A stretch of DNA of 64,000 bases. Origin: Paragordius varius (lineage: Eukaryota > Animalia > Nematomorpha). The DNA lies in assembly GCA_964247055.1 (NCBI GenBank), contig OZ176056.1, positions 7,006,001-7,070,000 of the forward strand, read 5' to 3'. A program made the translations under genes and the position numbers. The notes under the pieces were generated by a model, which saw nothing but the letters and a program-made list of their open reading frames with translations, was not told the origin of the DNA and searched no databases. Positions within the stretch are counted from its first letter, which is position 1, and each line of letters opens with the position of its first letter. Shown here in pieces: positions 1-14,218 of this stretch.

Positions 1-344
1 TAACTTTATAGGTTAATATTTGACCCATTTGAAACAGCCTAATAACTGATAAATTAAAAAAAGACATTGGCTTTATTTTGTTTTTTGTAAACAAACAAAT
101 ATGGTTCAACTATTACTCGTCTAAACCGCATTTTGTATGAGTCATCAAACCGTTTTTTAATTAAATTTAATGGGCCTGCTAATATCCTATTTATACCGTT
201 TGTGTATTTTAGTATATATATTTGATCGGTTCCACAAAATAATATAATATTTTTGTAATTTAATGTATAAAATAATCTATGGCAATTATTGCCTTGTAAC
301 ATATGTACTCAAAATATAATAAGATTTCCATACAATTATTGAAC

Positions 345-860
345 ATTATACTTATACTAGGTACAGTCATAAATTATTCGTTATAGCTAAGCGAAGGCTT
401 GAGTGAAAATTACGTAGCCGATTTATTTAACGACGCCATTTTGCTTTAAACTGAACACACGCAAGTTGAGTCTCAAAAACTAGCGTCTTATTTTCATCAA
501 TCATATAACATTTATACATTATTAAGCAACGTATTCACTATTTTAATTATAGATAATTTTTTTTCATCCTTAGTAGATACTTATTTTTTATTCAATCTAC
601 CCAATGGGTATTTTCGTTATACAATTACCTAACCCTATATTTATACTAGGTATAGTCATAAGTTATAACCGTTAGAGCTAAGAGAAAACTTGAGCGAAAG
701 TACGCAGCTGGTTAATTTGACAAAGACGCCATTTAGCTCATCTATTAGGTGACCAAAACACGCTGGTTGAGTCCTAAAAACTAGTCTCTTATTTTATTCA
801 AGTATATGAATTTTAATTATTTAATTTTAAGCAACATATTCACTATTTTAATCATAAATA
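345..860. repeat. Diverged tandem duplication, ~290-bp period
   Basis: tatactaggtacagtcataaattattcgttatagctaag...gacgccatttt...gttgagtctcaaaaactagcgtcttattt (~350-500) recurs as tatactaggtatagtcataagttataaccgttagagctaag...gacgccattta...gttgagtcctaaaaactagtctcttattt (~640-800). Confidence 0.7.
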
Positions 861-2319
861 ATTTTTTACTACAAAATTAAAAACAGCCGACTTCTAATAT
901 TTTTGGAATATGTGGCCAAAACTTTTGATAAATCTGAAAATTATATAAATTCAATTACATTGCATAGACAGCCCTTTAAATACCCCTTTACAATAAGCTT
1001 TTTTATGTATGGAAAACTAGGCTTCTTTAGTCAAAGTTTCTTATAATGATTAAAGTTTAACACCAATCTCAAAAACTTTTTAGCTCTCTCAAAACCTAAA
1101 CTCGCCATAAATATTAAACATATAGTTAGTTTTTAGCGCTTATAATATTTATTATGCGGCACATACAAAATATGATGATAAAATAGAATTAGAAAGCCCA
1201 TATAACGTTTTTTGGAGTAATGTGTATTTGAAGTGAATAACCTTGTAAAAATAGCTTATAAATTTTTTACTCTGCACAATACCATTAACAAAATTGAAAC
1301 GTACGATAAAGCTTTTTCAATTTAAATCACCATAAAACCAACTTTCATTTATGATTTTAAAACTACAAAAATCAATGAACCTTACTACTAGAATAAATAT
1401 TATTAGGGTTAATTATAATTTTGGATTTTGTTTGTTGTTTATTATATTTATATTATAACTAAGCCTTTTTAATATTAAAAAATGCTTAACATACAATGAT
1501 CAGCTGCTCTTGCGTTTTGGTATTTCGCATGTATTGCCTTTTAAATGGCCTTGGGTTCCCAATTTTCGGGTTTTATGGCCCATCCTATATTATAAAATTT
1601 GAGTCACCCAAAACGTGAAACCGTAACATTAAAATTTAACTCTCTATATATAAACAAATAAAAATATGTATAATTTAATAAAATAGGTAATTACTGGCAT
1701 ATACTTTTATGTTTTAGACTGCGAAAATGAGGGTTTAATATTGAATCTTATAGCCAAATTAATATAACTATGCCACATAACAATGGCCCAAAAAATTTAA
1801 ATATAAAAGGTTTTGAAATAAAGCCCTTTACTTATCTGAAGTTTTAACTGAAAAAAATCATCTTTATGTATAATTTTTCGCGAAGAAACATATGGCTCCT
1901 CTATAATTATTATTGAGTGGAGTGACCTATATGGATATAGTTATTGTTATTGGCCGAACATATTTTAAAATAGTGTCTATCTCAAAGAAAACAATGATAT
2001 CGAGCCTAAACTAAAAATGTGCATTTAATAGCTCCGCATTCAACAAAAGTTAAAATGTTTGCTGCTGAATTTTTATCGATTAAAAACATATAAAAACTAT
2101 TAAATAAAAATTATAAAATTAATAACAAACATTATTTTGTTTACAGCATTTAGTTTTTGATTTTTATAATCATAGTTTGGGGCAATTGATTTTTGTAAAT
2201 GTCATAAGATACGATAGTTTTAAAATAAAATATAACTTTCCTGCCTCAATAATAGATAATGTAAAGTACTATATTTATTATCAGTCCAACGTTTATGTAT
2301 AGTTAATACATTGTATTTA

Positions 2320-2790
2320 TGAGAATCTCATTTTCGAGGGCGAGTCGTTGTCCGTGGTGAAATGGGTGTTGTATCAAAAAAGGGCGGATTAATAAATAGA
2401 TTTTAATTCTTCGACCACAACGAAAAGATAAGGAGTGTCGATGGCTAGATCCACTTTTCCCCCACGAGCTCTTAAATCCGGTATATAATTATAATCATCA
2501 CCAGTACTTAATGGTGTCACGGAAAACCTAACTGTGTATTTAATGTGCGAATTTTGCCAATTTGTTTTGGTTCTATTTCTTTGCCAAACAGCAAATCCAT
2601 TTTACTAAGAATAAAAATATGTATAAGATTATATCTCTTTCTATCCCATGCATAATAAAAAAGGTAGATTGTAATATCAAACAGAACAGTTACATGCATA
2701 ACCAATTGAGTTCCTTGGAAAAAAAATAATCATAAATTGGTTTGAAGGCAGGCGTACACTTCCAGTATGCTATTGAAATTTACGTTTGGA
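2320..2790 (-). pseudogene. Inverted partial serpin pseudogene (3' end of exon 3 plus last exon)
   Basis: Reverse complement reads ttcttag|TAAAATGGATTTGCTGTTTGGCAAAGAA (KMDLLFGKE) then TVRFSVTPLSTGDDYNYIPDLRARGGKVDLAIDTPYLFVVVEELKSI, matching exon 4 of the serpin at 8155-8461. It has a 1-nt deletion and loss of the IKGRF segment. 2700-2790 matches the end of exon 3 (tactggaagtgtacgcctgcc, ttccaaggaactc). It is cut off upstream by a MITE at 2790. Confidence 0.85.
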
Positions 2791-3370
2791 TATACCATTT
2801 TTAGTCCTTGAACATTTCATGGTCCTTGAACATTTCAAGTTGGTCCTTGGACAATTCAAGTTGGTCCTTCAAGTTGGTCGTTAAAATTTATAAATTTTGA
2901 TTTAACCATAATTTTTGCATTAATTTTTTTAATTTATTATTTATTAAGCTAATTTTTTTATTTATTATATATTTATTCATTTAAAAAAAATTTTTATTCA
3001 AAAACCACTATTTTGTTTCAAACTATTTTTTTTCAATTGAATATAATTATTGACTTTTAAATATTTATAATGAAATTTTAATTAATAATCTAGAATGTTT
3101 ATATATTTTTTCATTTTAATGTTAAAATCTTATAAATCCAAAATTATTTTAAGAAATTAATAAAGATATACGATTTCTCAAAGATAAAAAGTTGATATCG
3201 ATTTAAATTTTATGTTAAATAATCGAAAATAGATTAAAAACAATACAATAGATGAATTATTTACGATTTGATTGATAAAAGTTAAAACAAAACAAAAAAA
3301 GGACCAACTTGAACTGTTCAAGGAAACTCTTGAAGTGTTCAAGGGCCTTCTTGAAGTGCAAATGGTATAT
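2790..3370. mobile_element. MITE/foldback, ATATACCATTT-TIR family with subterminal tandem repeats
   Basis: Ends atataccattt / aaatggtatat; repeats of ttgaacatttcaagttggtcc near the left end with inverted counterparts near the right end. Confidence 0.7.
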
Positions 3371-5365
3371 TTAGTGAAGAACGTTGGGATGTGTCTTAAG
3401 AGTTGATTTAAGATAATTAGTGCCATGATAAATAGGGATTATATAGATCATTTTGTATTTTTTTCGATATGAGGTTATTAGGCCTGTTTTTTTTATAGAC
3501 ACCTGTCTGATATTTGATTACCCCTAGATAACATTAAAATAGGACACCATATTTTTCTTTATAAAAATCTGACACCAAATATTTTTTAAATATAATACTA
3601 TAGGGTGGATTTTATGAGAATATAAAATAATAGAGTACTTTACTAGCTTATTATATAAATTATTCGTATATTCAGATCAGTCAACAAATTATATTTTCCT
3701 GTACAAATAAGAATTACTATATAGAATTGAAATTTATTGAAAACAATCAGTTAGAATCAAATCCATGCATTTTTCACATTTTTATACGAGATGACATATT
3801 GGGACAGTTATATATGCCGGAGTTTAATCTTGCAAAACTACTTTGGTGGTTTTAATTATTAAATTATACCTTGTTCTCCTCTATTAGATAAAAAACATTT
3901 TTTACAGTTTTGTATCTTCATGCATAAAAAATGGGAGAGCTTCATAACAAGAATGCAAAAAACAGCTGATTTTTAAAAAATAATTGTCAAGACTTTGCTG
4001 GTAAAATTCAACCTGAAAGCTTACACTAATGTTGTTGTAACCATAATATATTTGTTTGCCTTTTGTAAAAAAATAAAAAAATGGCGGGTATCTGAAAAAA
4101 TTATTTTAACAGGTAAAAATTTTTTAGGGTTTACCGATAGTTTTTGGCGATTTCACATTAAACTCGAAATTTTCAAAATTAAAAGTTTTAGATTAGAGCC
4201 TTGTTCATATCATTCAAAAGAGCGCTAAAAACTGCATCTTAAGAAAGGTAGTCGGTCATTAAAATTATTTTGACGTAAAAGTTATTTGTTTATCTTTATA
4301 TGGTCAAAATTTTCAAACTTATAAATATAAAAATTTTTAAAGACGAATAAAAAAAACCATATATTTTACTATAATTATTAGGTTTAAACTAGTAATAAAT
4401 TAAATAAAAATATTTTAAAAAGCTTTTGATTTGCTTTTTTAATAAATATTATTATTATCAAAATTATTTTATTTAGTGGATACTTAAATATATAGTCATA
4501 ACTGTAAATTTTTTACATAATCGTTAAAAAATAAAAAAGGACCTTAACTTGTTTTTAGTCTGTCCTTAAAATATCGAAATTTTTAGAAAAATTAATATTG
4601 TTGAGATGTAAAAAATAAAATCTTAAAAATGGCTGTTTTGAATGACATAAAAGCAATAAATAAATGTTAATGTGTTATCTTCAGACATTTCTTGCCATCT
4701 AGTTAAGGTTTCATGCATCGCTATTAAAAATATATTAATTAAGCAAAACGCTCTCGCTTCGCGGGTCTGTCGCTTCCTATGTCCAATATTAAATATCGAT
4801 GTAAAACATAATAGTATGCATTTTATAGAGTTTAGTTACTCTTTCAAATGATATATTACAAATGGGCATAATATGTATATAAGAAGAACATTTTTTAGTT
4901 AAATTTTATTAAAGAGGGCGCATAACCAAAAAAATTTAATAATACAAAATACTTAGATGGAATAATTTTTTATTTTGGATTTGCTGTTAAAATGATAATA
5001 AATATCAGGATATAAAACTGGAGTGGCATTATTTATTGTCTAGTGTATGTTAAAAGATTTATAAAATAAATTTAAATAACCAGTTTCCTGACGCGTATTA
5101 AATGGGTTTTGAAAAATAGTTTAACTATAACATATATTTGTTGACATTAAACAAGATAAAGCTTGATTTTTTAGACTGATTTAAATGCGTCAATTAATAT
5201 ATCTTATAATATAAAATTATCAAATTTACTAAATAAATATTAGTAAAACCCTATAATCATGTATATAAAACCTATCTTAAACCAAATATTACATCATTTA
5301 AAGGATTATATAAGGTGACAAAAAATAAAACTCGTACATTTCTCTAAATTTTTTTCAAAATTACT

Positions 5366-8300
5366 ATGAAAGTTCTAATAATTTTAAGTTTCTTATACAT
5401 GCTATATGTTTCACACGGGATGGATGTGCCAAAGAAAAAGCCCAAATTCGATTTATTGCGAGAGCAGGTAAAATAATTTTCTATTTTTTTATTTATTGTT
5501 ATTAGATTTATAAAAACTAAAATCATCCATTATAAATTTACCAAGGCTATTCTAAGCAATCAAGTGTCACTGAAAGGTGCCTTAAAAAACACCCGAGTTG
5601 ATTACGTCTTCTCGCCTGCGGGCCTTCAACTGGGTCTTGGGTTGGTTCAATTTCTTTCAACTTGTCCCAATACTATAAAGGGTCTGTTACCTGCACCCGG
5701 CTGCAAAGAACTTAATACCATTTTGAAAAAGATTCCATGGGATTCCGGTCCCGGACTTCCTACCCATCTACGCCTTTTGAATGGCATCAACATTGACATA
5801 AATAAGCATGATGCACCCTTGACAGGCCGAGTGGAAAAATGGACAAGACAATTTTTTGAATCGTATTATACTGGATATAATGCAACAAAATATTCCGATT
5901 TCATTGATTTACTTAACCGGTATTATATAGGAAATTTTGGCAATCATTTTAAACGCTTTCCGGAAACGGTCAAAGGAGATCATAATACAAGCACTATATA
6001 CTCAATTGGAGGTGGCATGCTTTTCATGAGTTCCTGGCTAAAAATCTTTAACAGGTAAATTTTGGCAAGTTAGCATATTTTAAAAAATAGATAAAAAAAA
6101 TATTTTTCATTTAGAATGGGATATTTTCGATATATTTAACTGATATAAAAACATGCGATGAATATTAATCATTATTAAAAGTAAGATAAAAGAAAATGTG
6201 ACGTATATGCTTTTTTATCTTTTTCCATTAATATATTTGTAATTCTGTAGTTGTATTACCAGTGGCAGAATTATAAATTGCCCCCCACGTCTGTAAAAAA
6301 CCTTTATTGAGATAATAAAAAAATGAATTTTTGCCCTTTTCCCCTTTTCAATAATAATTCGCTATTTTTTCCAGAAAATCAAACCATCTTTACCTCATAT
6401 ACTGTAAATAAAAAATTAACAAATTTTGCTCCCCCCATAATGAAAAGGGACCCCAAAATTTATATATGAAATAAAAGAAAAACCCCTGTTTTGCAAAGGT
6501 GCCCACCCCACACCCCCTAGCTCCCCGTAGTTTCGCCACTCTGTACAATTTTACCGGAAAAAAGATTGGTGTAAAAGAAATCATTTATCAGATTCTATAT
6601 AATTTAATTGCAAAAAGTACAGAATTTACATCTATTATATTAAAAACTATGGATATATATAAGGGAAGTTATGATGTAACTTGCTTTTTATTGGCTCAAT
6701 GATTATATTTGTTTTAAATGAATATAGAATGGTGGTATCAACATTTTACAATGGGAGGTTGAATGTTCCAGTTGCAATGTTATCCGGGAAAGGAATTAAA
6801 TATCAACTGGGGGATTATAGAGAACTCAGATCCAGAGTCGTCATAATCCCGTATCGAAAGAAATATAAAATGATCTATTTAATACCGAATGATCATGATA
6901 CTAATCGTCTTGAGACAACACTTAAGGCGTATCCCAACGTTTTTCACCAAATAACCAAGCGCAAATTTAAACAGTATACAGGAAGTGTACGTGTGCCATC
7001 TATGGATCTCCAAACCAATTTAAATATGATGAACCTATTTTCCAAGGAACTTACCTGCCATAGAGAGTATGTATTTATTAACAATTTAATATTAAGGAAT
7101 TACCCATTTTATATAAGGAATATTATATGTAGGTATAAACGTAAAAAAAATAATTATTGAGTTATGATAAATACTCATATATTGGAAGGATAACTAAAGT
7201 TTAATGTTTATATGCAAGCTAGGTATCTAAAATACGCACGTTACTTTATAATTAAGTAAAAGAAAGTATATTAATTTGTATGTGGCCTTTTATTTTGTTA
7301 TTTGTCCCTTTAAGTATTAGATAATTGAAAAATACATGGGCTTATAAATGTTTAAAATTTAACTGTTTCAGACATAAAAAATGTATTATCTATAATTGTT
7401 TAAATATATATATTTTCCTCTCAAAAAAACCAATAATTATCTTAGCACAGATTTAACCAGTAGTTACAAAAATTTAGCTATGCTAAATAACTAAGGTTCA
7501 TGTATTTTTGCGTTGAAACAACCTATGTAAATAAGGAAGTTCTTAATTCAGGGTAAATAGCGTCGAATACTTTACGCGCAATGTCAGAGTTTAACAACGA
7601 CTCTTTAATTCATTGAACCCCTAATTTGTTTAATGTTCCTAACTTTTAACTCAAAGTGAAGAAACTCCCTGTATGATATATTGTATTTTCGTGTCACGCA
7701 CTTTGAAACTAAACACATATCTATTTTACGAGACCGAAAAAAATTCTAACGAACATCATAAGTATTTAAGTTTATATTATATGTAAAAAGTTATTTTCAG
7801 GTTGGATTATCGAGTTTTTTTAACTATTAGGCTGCTATATATAAGTTTTTTCAATAAAATTTTTTGAATAATTATTCATTAAATATTTTTTATTCGAAAC
7901 TTATTATTTTGATTACGGTTAACTATGTTATTATTTAAATTACTAATATTGTAATAACAATGTTTACAAACCAACATTTTTCCATAAAAATCCGTTGCAC
8001 GATCCATGGGACTTTTTAGATCTCATATATAACAGATTCAAAATTTAAACACGCCGACTGCTCAAAATTTTTTTGACATAGCTGCCCCATAATGATAAAA
8101 CTTATTTAAAGTTGTGTTCTTACTTATACTCAAAAACATATATTTGATGTTTAGTAAATTGGATTTGCTGTTCGCCAAAGAAAAAGGAAGGCCCCAACAA
8201 ATTGGAAAAATTTCGCACATTGACCACACAGTTAAATTTACCCTAACGCCCTTGGGTACTGGAGATGATTATAATCATATACCGGATTTAAGGGCTCCCG

Positions 8301-8461
8301 AGGAAAAAGTGGAACTAGCCATCGACACTCCTTATCTTTTCTTTGTGGTCGAAGAATTGAAATCTATTTTGATAAAAGGAAGATTCGCTAATCCGCCCTT
8401 TTTTGATACAACAACCATACCACCGCCTACAACGACTCGTCCTGGAAAATTAAATTTTTAA
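5366..8461 (+). CDS. Secreted, highly divergent serpin-family protein (4 exons, intact)
   Basis: Exons 5366-5467, 5546-6054, 6728-7066, 8155-8461; all introns GT-AG with matching phases (0,2,2). N-terminal signal peptide MKVLIILSFLYMLYVSHG. Serpin-like motifs: YVFSPAGLQLGL (s6B/hB), MLFMSSWLKIF (breach W), VPVAML..G..Y, IIPY..YKMIYLIP, VRVPSMDL, HIDHTVKFTLTPLGT (s5A/hinge), AIDTPYLFFV...ILIKGRFANP (C-terminal serpin signature). Confidence 0.85.
6260..6543. mobile_element. Small non-autonomous DNA-transposon-like insert in serpin intron 2
   Basis: Imperfect inverted ends cagtggcagaatt ... tttcgccactctg; GC-richer block not seen in the corresponding intron of the duplicate. Confidence 0.45.
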
Positions 8462-9339
8462 TAAGTTACAATAATGGAATAAATTACTTAAATAATTATT
8501 AAAACATGTATATTAATTTAAGTTGATCCCGTCTAATTACATACCCTGTAACTTTTTTGGGAGTAGAAAAAGATTGTCATATCTCGATTTATCATATTCG
8601 TGTGCTTTTTCCTGAATATATTTATTGTTCTCAATGAGATTTTGGCTTATTTTCATTTAAATCTCAAGCAAAATTTTCGCGATGATAGGTTTTCTCACAC
8701 TATTAAAGCAGCCAGACCAATTTGGGATAGGAGCAAATTTTTAAATTAAACTATAAGCTATATAATATGAAATCATTTTTTTCCAAAAAACAAACGTTCT
8801 TTTGTAACTAAATTTAAGTATAAAAACAAATTGTATGTGATAGTTTTAAGCATTGAAAGCGAATATAAACACGAAACCTTCAGTTATTCCGTCACCTCTC
8901 CAAATTTATTTTAATTAAAATTTTATTGACAAAACAATTTTTTAAATTTAATTTGTAATAAAATTATTACAAAATTCTGAGGAGAATTTATTTTTACAAT
9001 ATCTTAAAGTGCCTTTATACCCAGTGGGAGGATTTGGCCCAGAGAATTAACTCCAGTTAGCGCTTCTTGTTTAATAAGGTATCCAACCCAATTCTTAAAT
9101 TTACCCCGCTGTGAGATAGAAATGGAATTTTCCTTTTATGATTAAAAATTTTATATAGTCGAAATAAATTGTGGCATAAATATGTGCATGGTTGATTGGA
9201 TACAATAAGGTGTACTATATATGTATGTGTGTGAGTACAAACAAAGGTCATTTTATATAAGAAATAGATATTTATATGTAGTTAACTAAAAGTCAATTAA
9301 TATAAGATCATTAGAATTTATAAAGGTTAAAAGATAATT

Positions 9340-10255
9340 GGTAAGTTATGCGTGTATCCTCTTTTCCTCAGCTTTAATAGGAATTTATGAGTCATCCTGA
9401 CGGTTTTCTCTGTCATAGCATCTTGTATTAATTGGAGGTTCTATGGTTTTTTGTATTATTTATAACTAATGGACCAGATGAGTCAGTAGCTTCTTAAACA
9501 TTAATGAAATCGTCTTGCTTATTAGGGATTTTCTTATAACGTTAATTGTCGACCGGGTTAACACCAGTGGTTTTGTATTTAACATATAGGCTGTTTTTTA
9601 AGATCGGCCTAACTTGTCCGGTATTAGTCCACTCAAATTGATCATCAGCAAGGCTATTCCGGAGGTGGACTACTATTTGGGGATTGTCATAGCTTGTATT
9701 AGCTTTAGAGGCCACCCACGGATTTATTATTATTTCATTGTCACCCTTAGCTACATTGTCATTTTGAGAGGTACATCCACCATGTTAGCTCCTAACGCCA
9801 TCACTACCAAAATTGTCATCGAGAAAGTTTCCACGACCATTGCAACCACCTCTGTAATTGGCATTGTCCCTTCTTGTTTTTAATTGATTATGATTTCGTA
9901 GCTCTCTTCCCATCTAGAACCTGTTGAAAATATACCGATTCAATATGTAACTATCCCTTCCTCCACCCTCTAACTCATCTTTTTAAAACACTTTATCGCC
10001 TTTAACAATCTCGGTGATATTATCCGGTATGTTTTCTAATTAGTACTATTCTTATATCTAAGAAAGAGTTGTGCCGGTGTTTCATTTATACCATTGTGAT
10101 AGCTGACCTAGACGCCCATAACACTTTGTTTCGTTTGCTGTGATAAGCCTTTCGAAATCAAATGACTTGTAATAACATTGTCAGTAATAGTCATCATTGG
10201 TGAGCCACACCTTGCAAAACACCTTTTTAGAATTTCTCAGAATTTTTTAAGTGTT
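9340..10255 (-). mobile_element. Decayed Ty3/Gypsy integrase C-terminal remnant
   Basis: Minus-strand fragments FARCGSPMMTITDNV (integrase core F.R.G.P..I.TDN), KVLWASRSAI...ETPAQLFL, GDKVFLK..GWRKG and ELRNHNQLKTR parallel the integrase at 29.8-30.6 kb ([39 protein letters not shown]). Many stops and frameshifts. Confidence 0.7.
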
Positions 10256-12399
10256 GACTGTTTTTATTTGCTATAACTTCTAACCAACGTGTGCTGTGGT
10301 CTATTAAACACGGTGCGCAGCAAAAAGCAAATGTTACTGAATCATATATTTTTCAATTGCTCTAAGATTCGGGATAATGAATATCGAAATGATATATGTG
10401 AAAATATAGAAAAAAAATGTTTTAATTTTTCTATTATTAGCCAAAATCGAATAATCGTATATTTATTGTATATTGTATATCCGAAAAAAAAATTTGGCTT
10501 AACAAATAAGAACTTTTTTATTCGGGTTTATTGATAATTATTGGCCCTGATTTAACACTAAACTCGATCAAAATTAAAAGTTTTAGATATAGAGCCAGTA
10601 TTTTATAATTCGAAAGTGCGCGAAAAACTGTTTACGAGTGGTAGTTGGTCATTTTCAATTTGACGTAAAAGATATTTGGCTTTATATGGTCAAAATTTCA
10701 ACCCTTAAATAGGTCAAATATCACAGACAGACTAATTAATAAAATCATATAAAACTTTAATTATTAGGGTTACATTATTATTAAATTTAAAAAAATCCTT
10801 AAAAAAGCTTATGATTTGCTTTATTTACACTTGGATACAACACATTCATTTTAGTCCTTCGATTCAAATTGGGATAGTTGGATTACCCAGGTCTGTTTTA
10901 AATTAAACACTATAAAAAATATGGAGGGAATCAAAACCATGGTAAAATTTTGTACTTATATAACATTAATAAACCGATATATATAAAAAATTTTATTCAA
11001 AATTACTTGATATTACTTATTTTAAGCTAAAACCGAAAGGTATAAATTTCGTCAACGTGACATGTGTGAAATGGTAGAGAAAAATAATACAATATAAACC
11101 GCTTTTTCTGTTTCGAGCAATATTAGATGTGATATAAATAAAAAATTAGCTTTAATTTTACCCTTTAAATTAAATGAAGACGAAATTTTGCAAGAATTTT
11201 TTAAAATATAAATGGCGTCGAAGTAGTTTGACGTGGAATTTTTACTTCAAAAAAATATTTTATTTAGATATTTTGGTGTATTTATATAATTCTTATTAGG
11301 ATAAAGGCATAAATTAAAAATGGCACCGTTTTCTTCAGTAGTTTTTTAAAATTCCTAATTTAAATTTAGTTTGGGGGATATAGATACCCCATGAATCGAT
11401 GTGTTAATATAAATTATTATCAAGATTATTTTACCTAGTGGATATCAAAATGCAAAGTTAATTCTAAAATCAATACCTTAAACTTTTTTTAGCCTTTGAA
11501 ATTATGAAATTATAAGCCTCCTAAAGAAAATAAATTAATTTATGGTAATTTTATGTAAAACAAAAAACTTAAAAACTGTTTTTATTGACATAAAAGCAAT
11601 AAATAAGTGTTACAATTAAAAACTTGTGTTATATTTATATATATATATAATATATATATATATTATTTCGCTTCTCGGGTTTGTCCCTTCCTATATGCAA
11701 TATAAACTATCGAAGTAAAACATATTAGTATGCATTTTATGGAATTTATTACTCTTTCGATTGATTTATTGCAAATGGACATTTGTTGTATATTTTCGAA
11801 GTAAAACATTTTTCAGAAAATTTTAATAAAGAGGGCGCATAATTAAAAATCAAATTTTACAAAATTCTTAAGTGGAATTATCTTTTTTATTTCAGATTTA
11901 TTGTTTAAATGATAGTAAATATCTAAAAATGCAAAAAATTTGAGTGGCAGAAAAAATTGTTTAAATAATTTTATTATTAATCACAAAAACTATATATTTT
12001 AAGTGCTTTTTTACACGGGCTATAAAAATAGTAATAACCGGTTTGCTGACGTATATTAAATAGGGTTTGGTATTATTAGTACCTAAACTATATTTGATCA
12101 TATATTTCCTTACATTAAACAAGATAAAGCCTGATTTTATGACTTTTTATTAAGATCTGATCATATATTTCTTTACATTAAACTAGAAAAGCCTGATTTT
12201 ATGACTTTTTATTAAGCTGTTTTAAATGCATCAACGGTTGATTAATTAAATCATGTATAGTTATAGTTAAGTATTAAGTTGTAAAGAAATTGCTAATTAA
12301 ATATTTGTCTAACCTTTAATTACATAAAACTAAAACAAATACACCATTTTAGTGGATATTACATAAGCACATAGCCTTCTTTTAATTAAACAAAATCAC

Positions 12400-14218
12400 T
12401 ATGAAACTTCTAATATTTATTAGCATTTTTCACATTCTAAATGTTTCACGGGCGATTGAGGCTCCAAAGAAAAAGCCTAAATACGATTTGTTACGAGAAC
12501 AATTAAGAATAATTTTACAATTAACTAGTATTCTAATTATTATAATTAAGTTAGTATGTATATTATAATATTAATCTATTAAGGCTATTCTAAGCAATCA
12601 AGTATCATTGAAGAATGCTTTAAAAAACACCAATACCGATTACGTCTTCTCACCAGCGGGTCAACTGGGTCTTGGGTTGGTTAAATTTCTAACTTGTAAA
12701 GGGTCTGTTACCTGCACCCGGCTGCAAAGAACTTAATACCATTTTGAAAATGGCTCCACCAAATTCCGGTCCCGGACTCTCCACCCAAGTGCGCGTTTTG
12801 AATGGCGTTAACATTGACTATAATAAACACGATGCACCCTTGACAGGTCGAGGAGAAAAATGGACAAGACCATTTTTTGAGAGGCATTTGACTGGTTACA
12901 GTGCACCAAATTTTTCCGATTCTATTAATTTACTTAATTAGTACTACATGGAAAATTTTGGCAATCATTTTAACCGAATTCCGGAAAGGGTCAAAGGAGA
13001 TATTAATACCAGCAGTATATACACGATCGGAAGTGGCATGTTTTTCATGAGTCCTTGGTTAAACACCTTTAACAGGTTAATTTTTTATAACGGGGATAGC
13101 ACATATTAAAAAGTGGATAAAAAAGAAAAAATAATTTTTAATTAAGTAGGGTAGGATACTTCGATATTGTAATTCTGTCGTCGCATTTCTATTTAGGATA
13201 AAATATTACTCATTCATTTGATATGAAGCGAATGCTAGTTTTTTTACTATTGACTCAAGGTTATTTTTTTATTTTTTACTAGTAATAGTCAATAATAATG
13301 ATCATTCCTGTATATGGTATCTGGCAATATTTAACAACAATGTATATCTACTGATATTGTGTATAGGGGGGATTTATTGTAACTTGTCCTTACATATTGC
13401 TGAAAGATTTATATTTTATAGAGATAATGATATCATCTTTTTCCAATGGAAAGTTTTTTCCTATTCCAATGTTATCTGGGAAGGGAGGGATTATAAATAA
13501 ATCAGGTCCAGAGTCGTCATAATCCCATATCGAAAGAAATATAAAATGGTCTATCTATTTAATACCGCATGATAATGATACTAATCTTCTAGAAACCACA
13601 CTTAAGGCGTATCCCAACGTTCTTCATCAAATAACGAAACCCAAATTAAACAGTATACAGGAAGGGTGCGTGTGATCTATGGATCTTCAAACGAATTTAA
13701 ATATGATGAACCTATTTTCCAAGGAACTCACCTGCCATAGAGAGTAGGCCTACCTTTTATTTTGTTACCCAAATTGCACAATCTATTTTTGGAATGTTTA
13801 AACGAAATTTATATGAGAAAATGTGAATGAACGTAAATTTTATTCTTTTTATACAATAATACCATAAGAAAAAAGCTAACTAAAGTTGTGTTTCTGTTTA
13901 ATATCTATATATATATAATTAGTAAATTGGATTTGCTGTTCGCCAAAGAAAAAGGGCTACCCCAACAAATTGGCAAAATATCGCATATTGATCACACAGT
14001 TCGGTTTTCTGTAATACCCTTGGGTACTGGTGATGATTATAATCATATAAAACCCGATTTAAGAGCTCCCGAAGAAAAAGTGGATCTTACTATCAACACT
14101 CCGTATCTTTTCTTTGTGGTCGAAGAATTAAAATCTATTTTGATAAAAGGAAGATTCGTTAATCCGCCTATTTACCACAACCATCCAACCACCCACAACG
14201 ACTCGCCCTCGAAAATGA
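12400..14218 (+). pseudogene. Serpin paralogue, pseudogenised tandem copy
   Basis: All four exons are recognisable. Lesions: frameshift in the signal-peptide exon, exon-1 donor GT changed to TT (gaacaa|ttaag), an 11-nt deletion in exon 2, premature TAG at 12939-12941, a deletion in exon 3 and a frameshift in the PT-rich tail. Confidence 0.85.

Noticed and set aside
54-302. Minus-strand 82-aa ORF with EPYLFVY, faintly like a serpin C-terminus
   Set aside because: No other serpin motifs and no convincing splice structure; too weak to call.
1490-2090. GC-richer patches with short GT..AG spacers on the minus strand
   Set aside because: No frame could be chained without stops and no recognisable protein.
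9614-9883. Plus-strand hydrophobic 89-aa ORF
   Set aside because: Antisense shadow of the decayed Gypsy integrase tail.
12095-12220. ~62-bp local tandem duplication upstream of the serpin pseudogene
   Set aside because: Simple slippage-type duplication with no functional signal.
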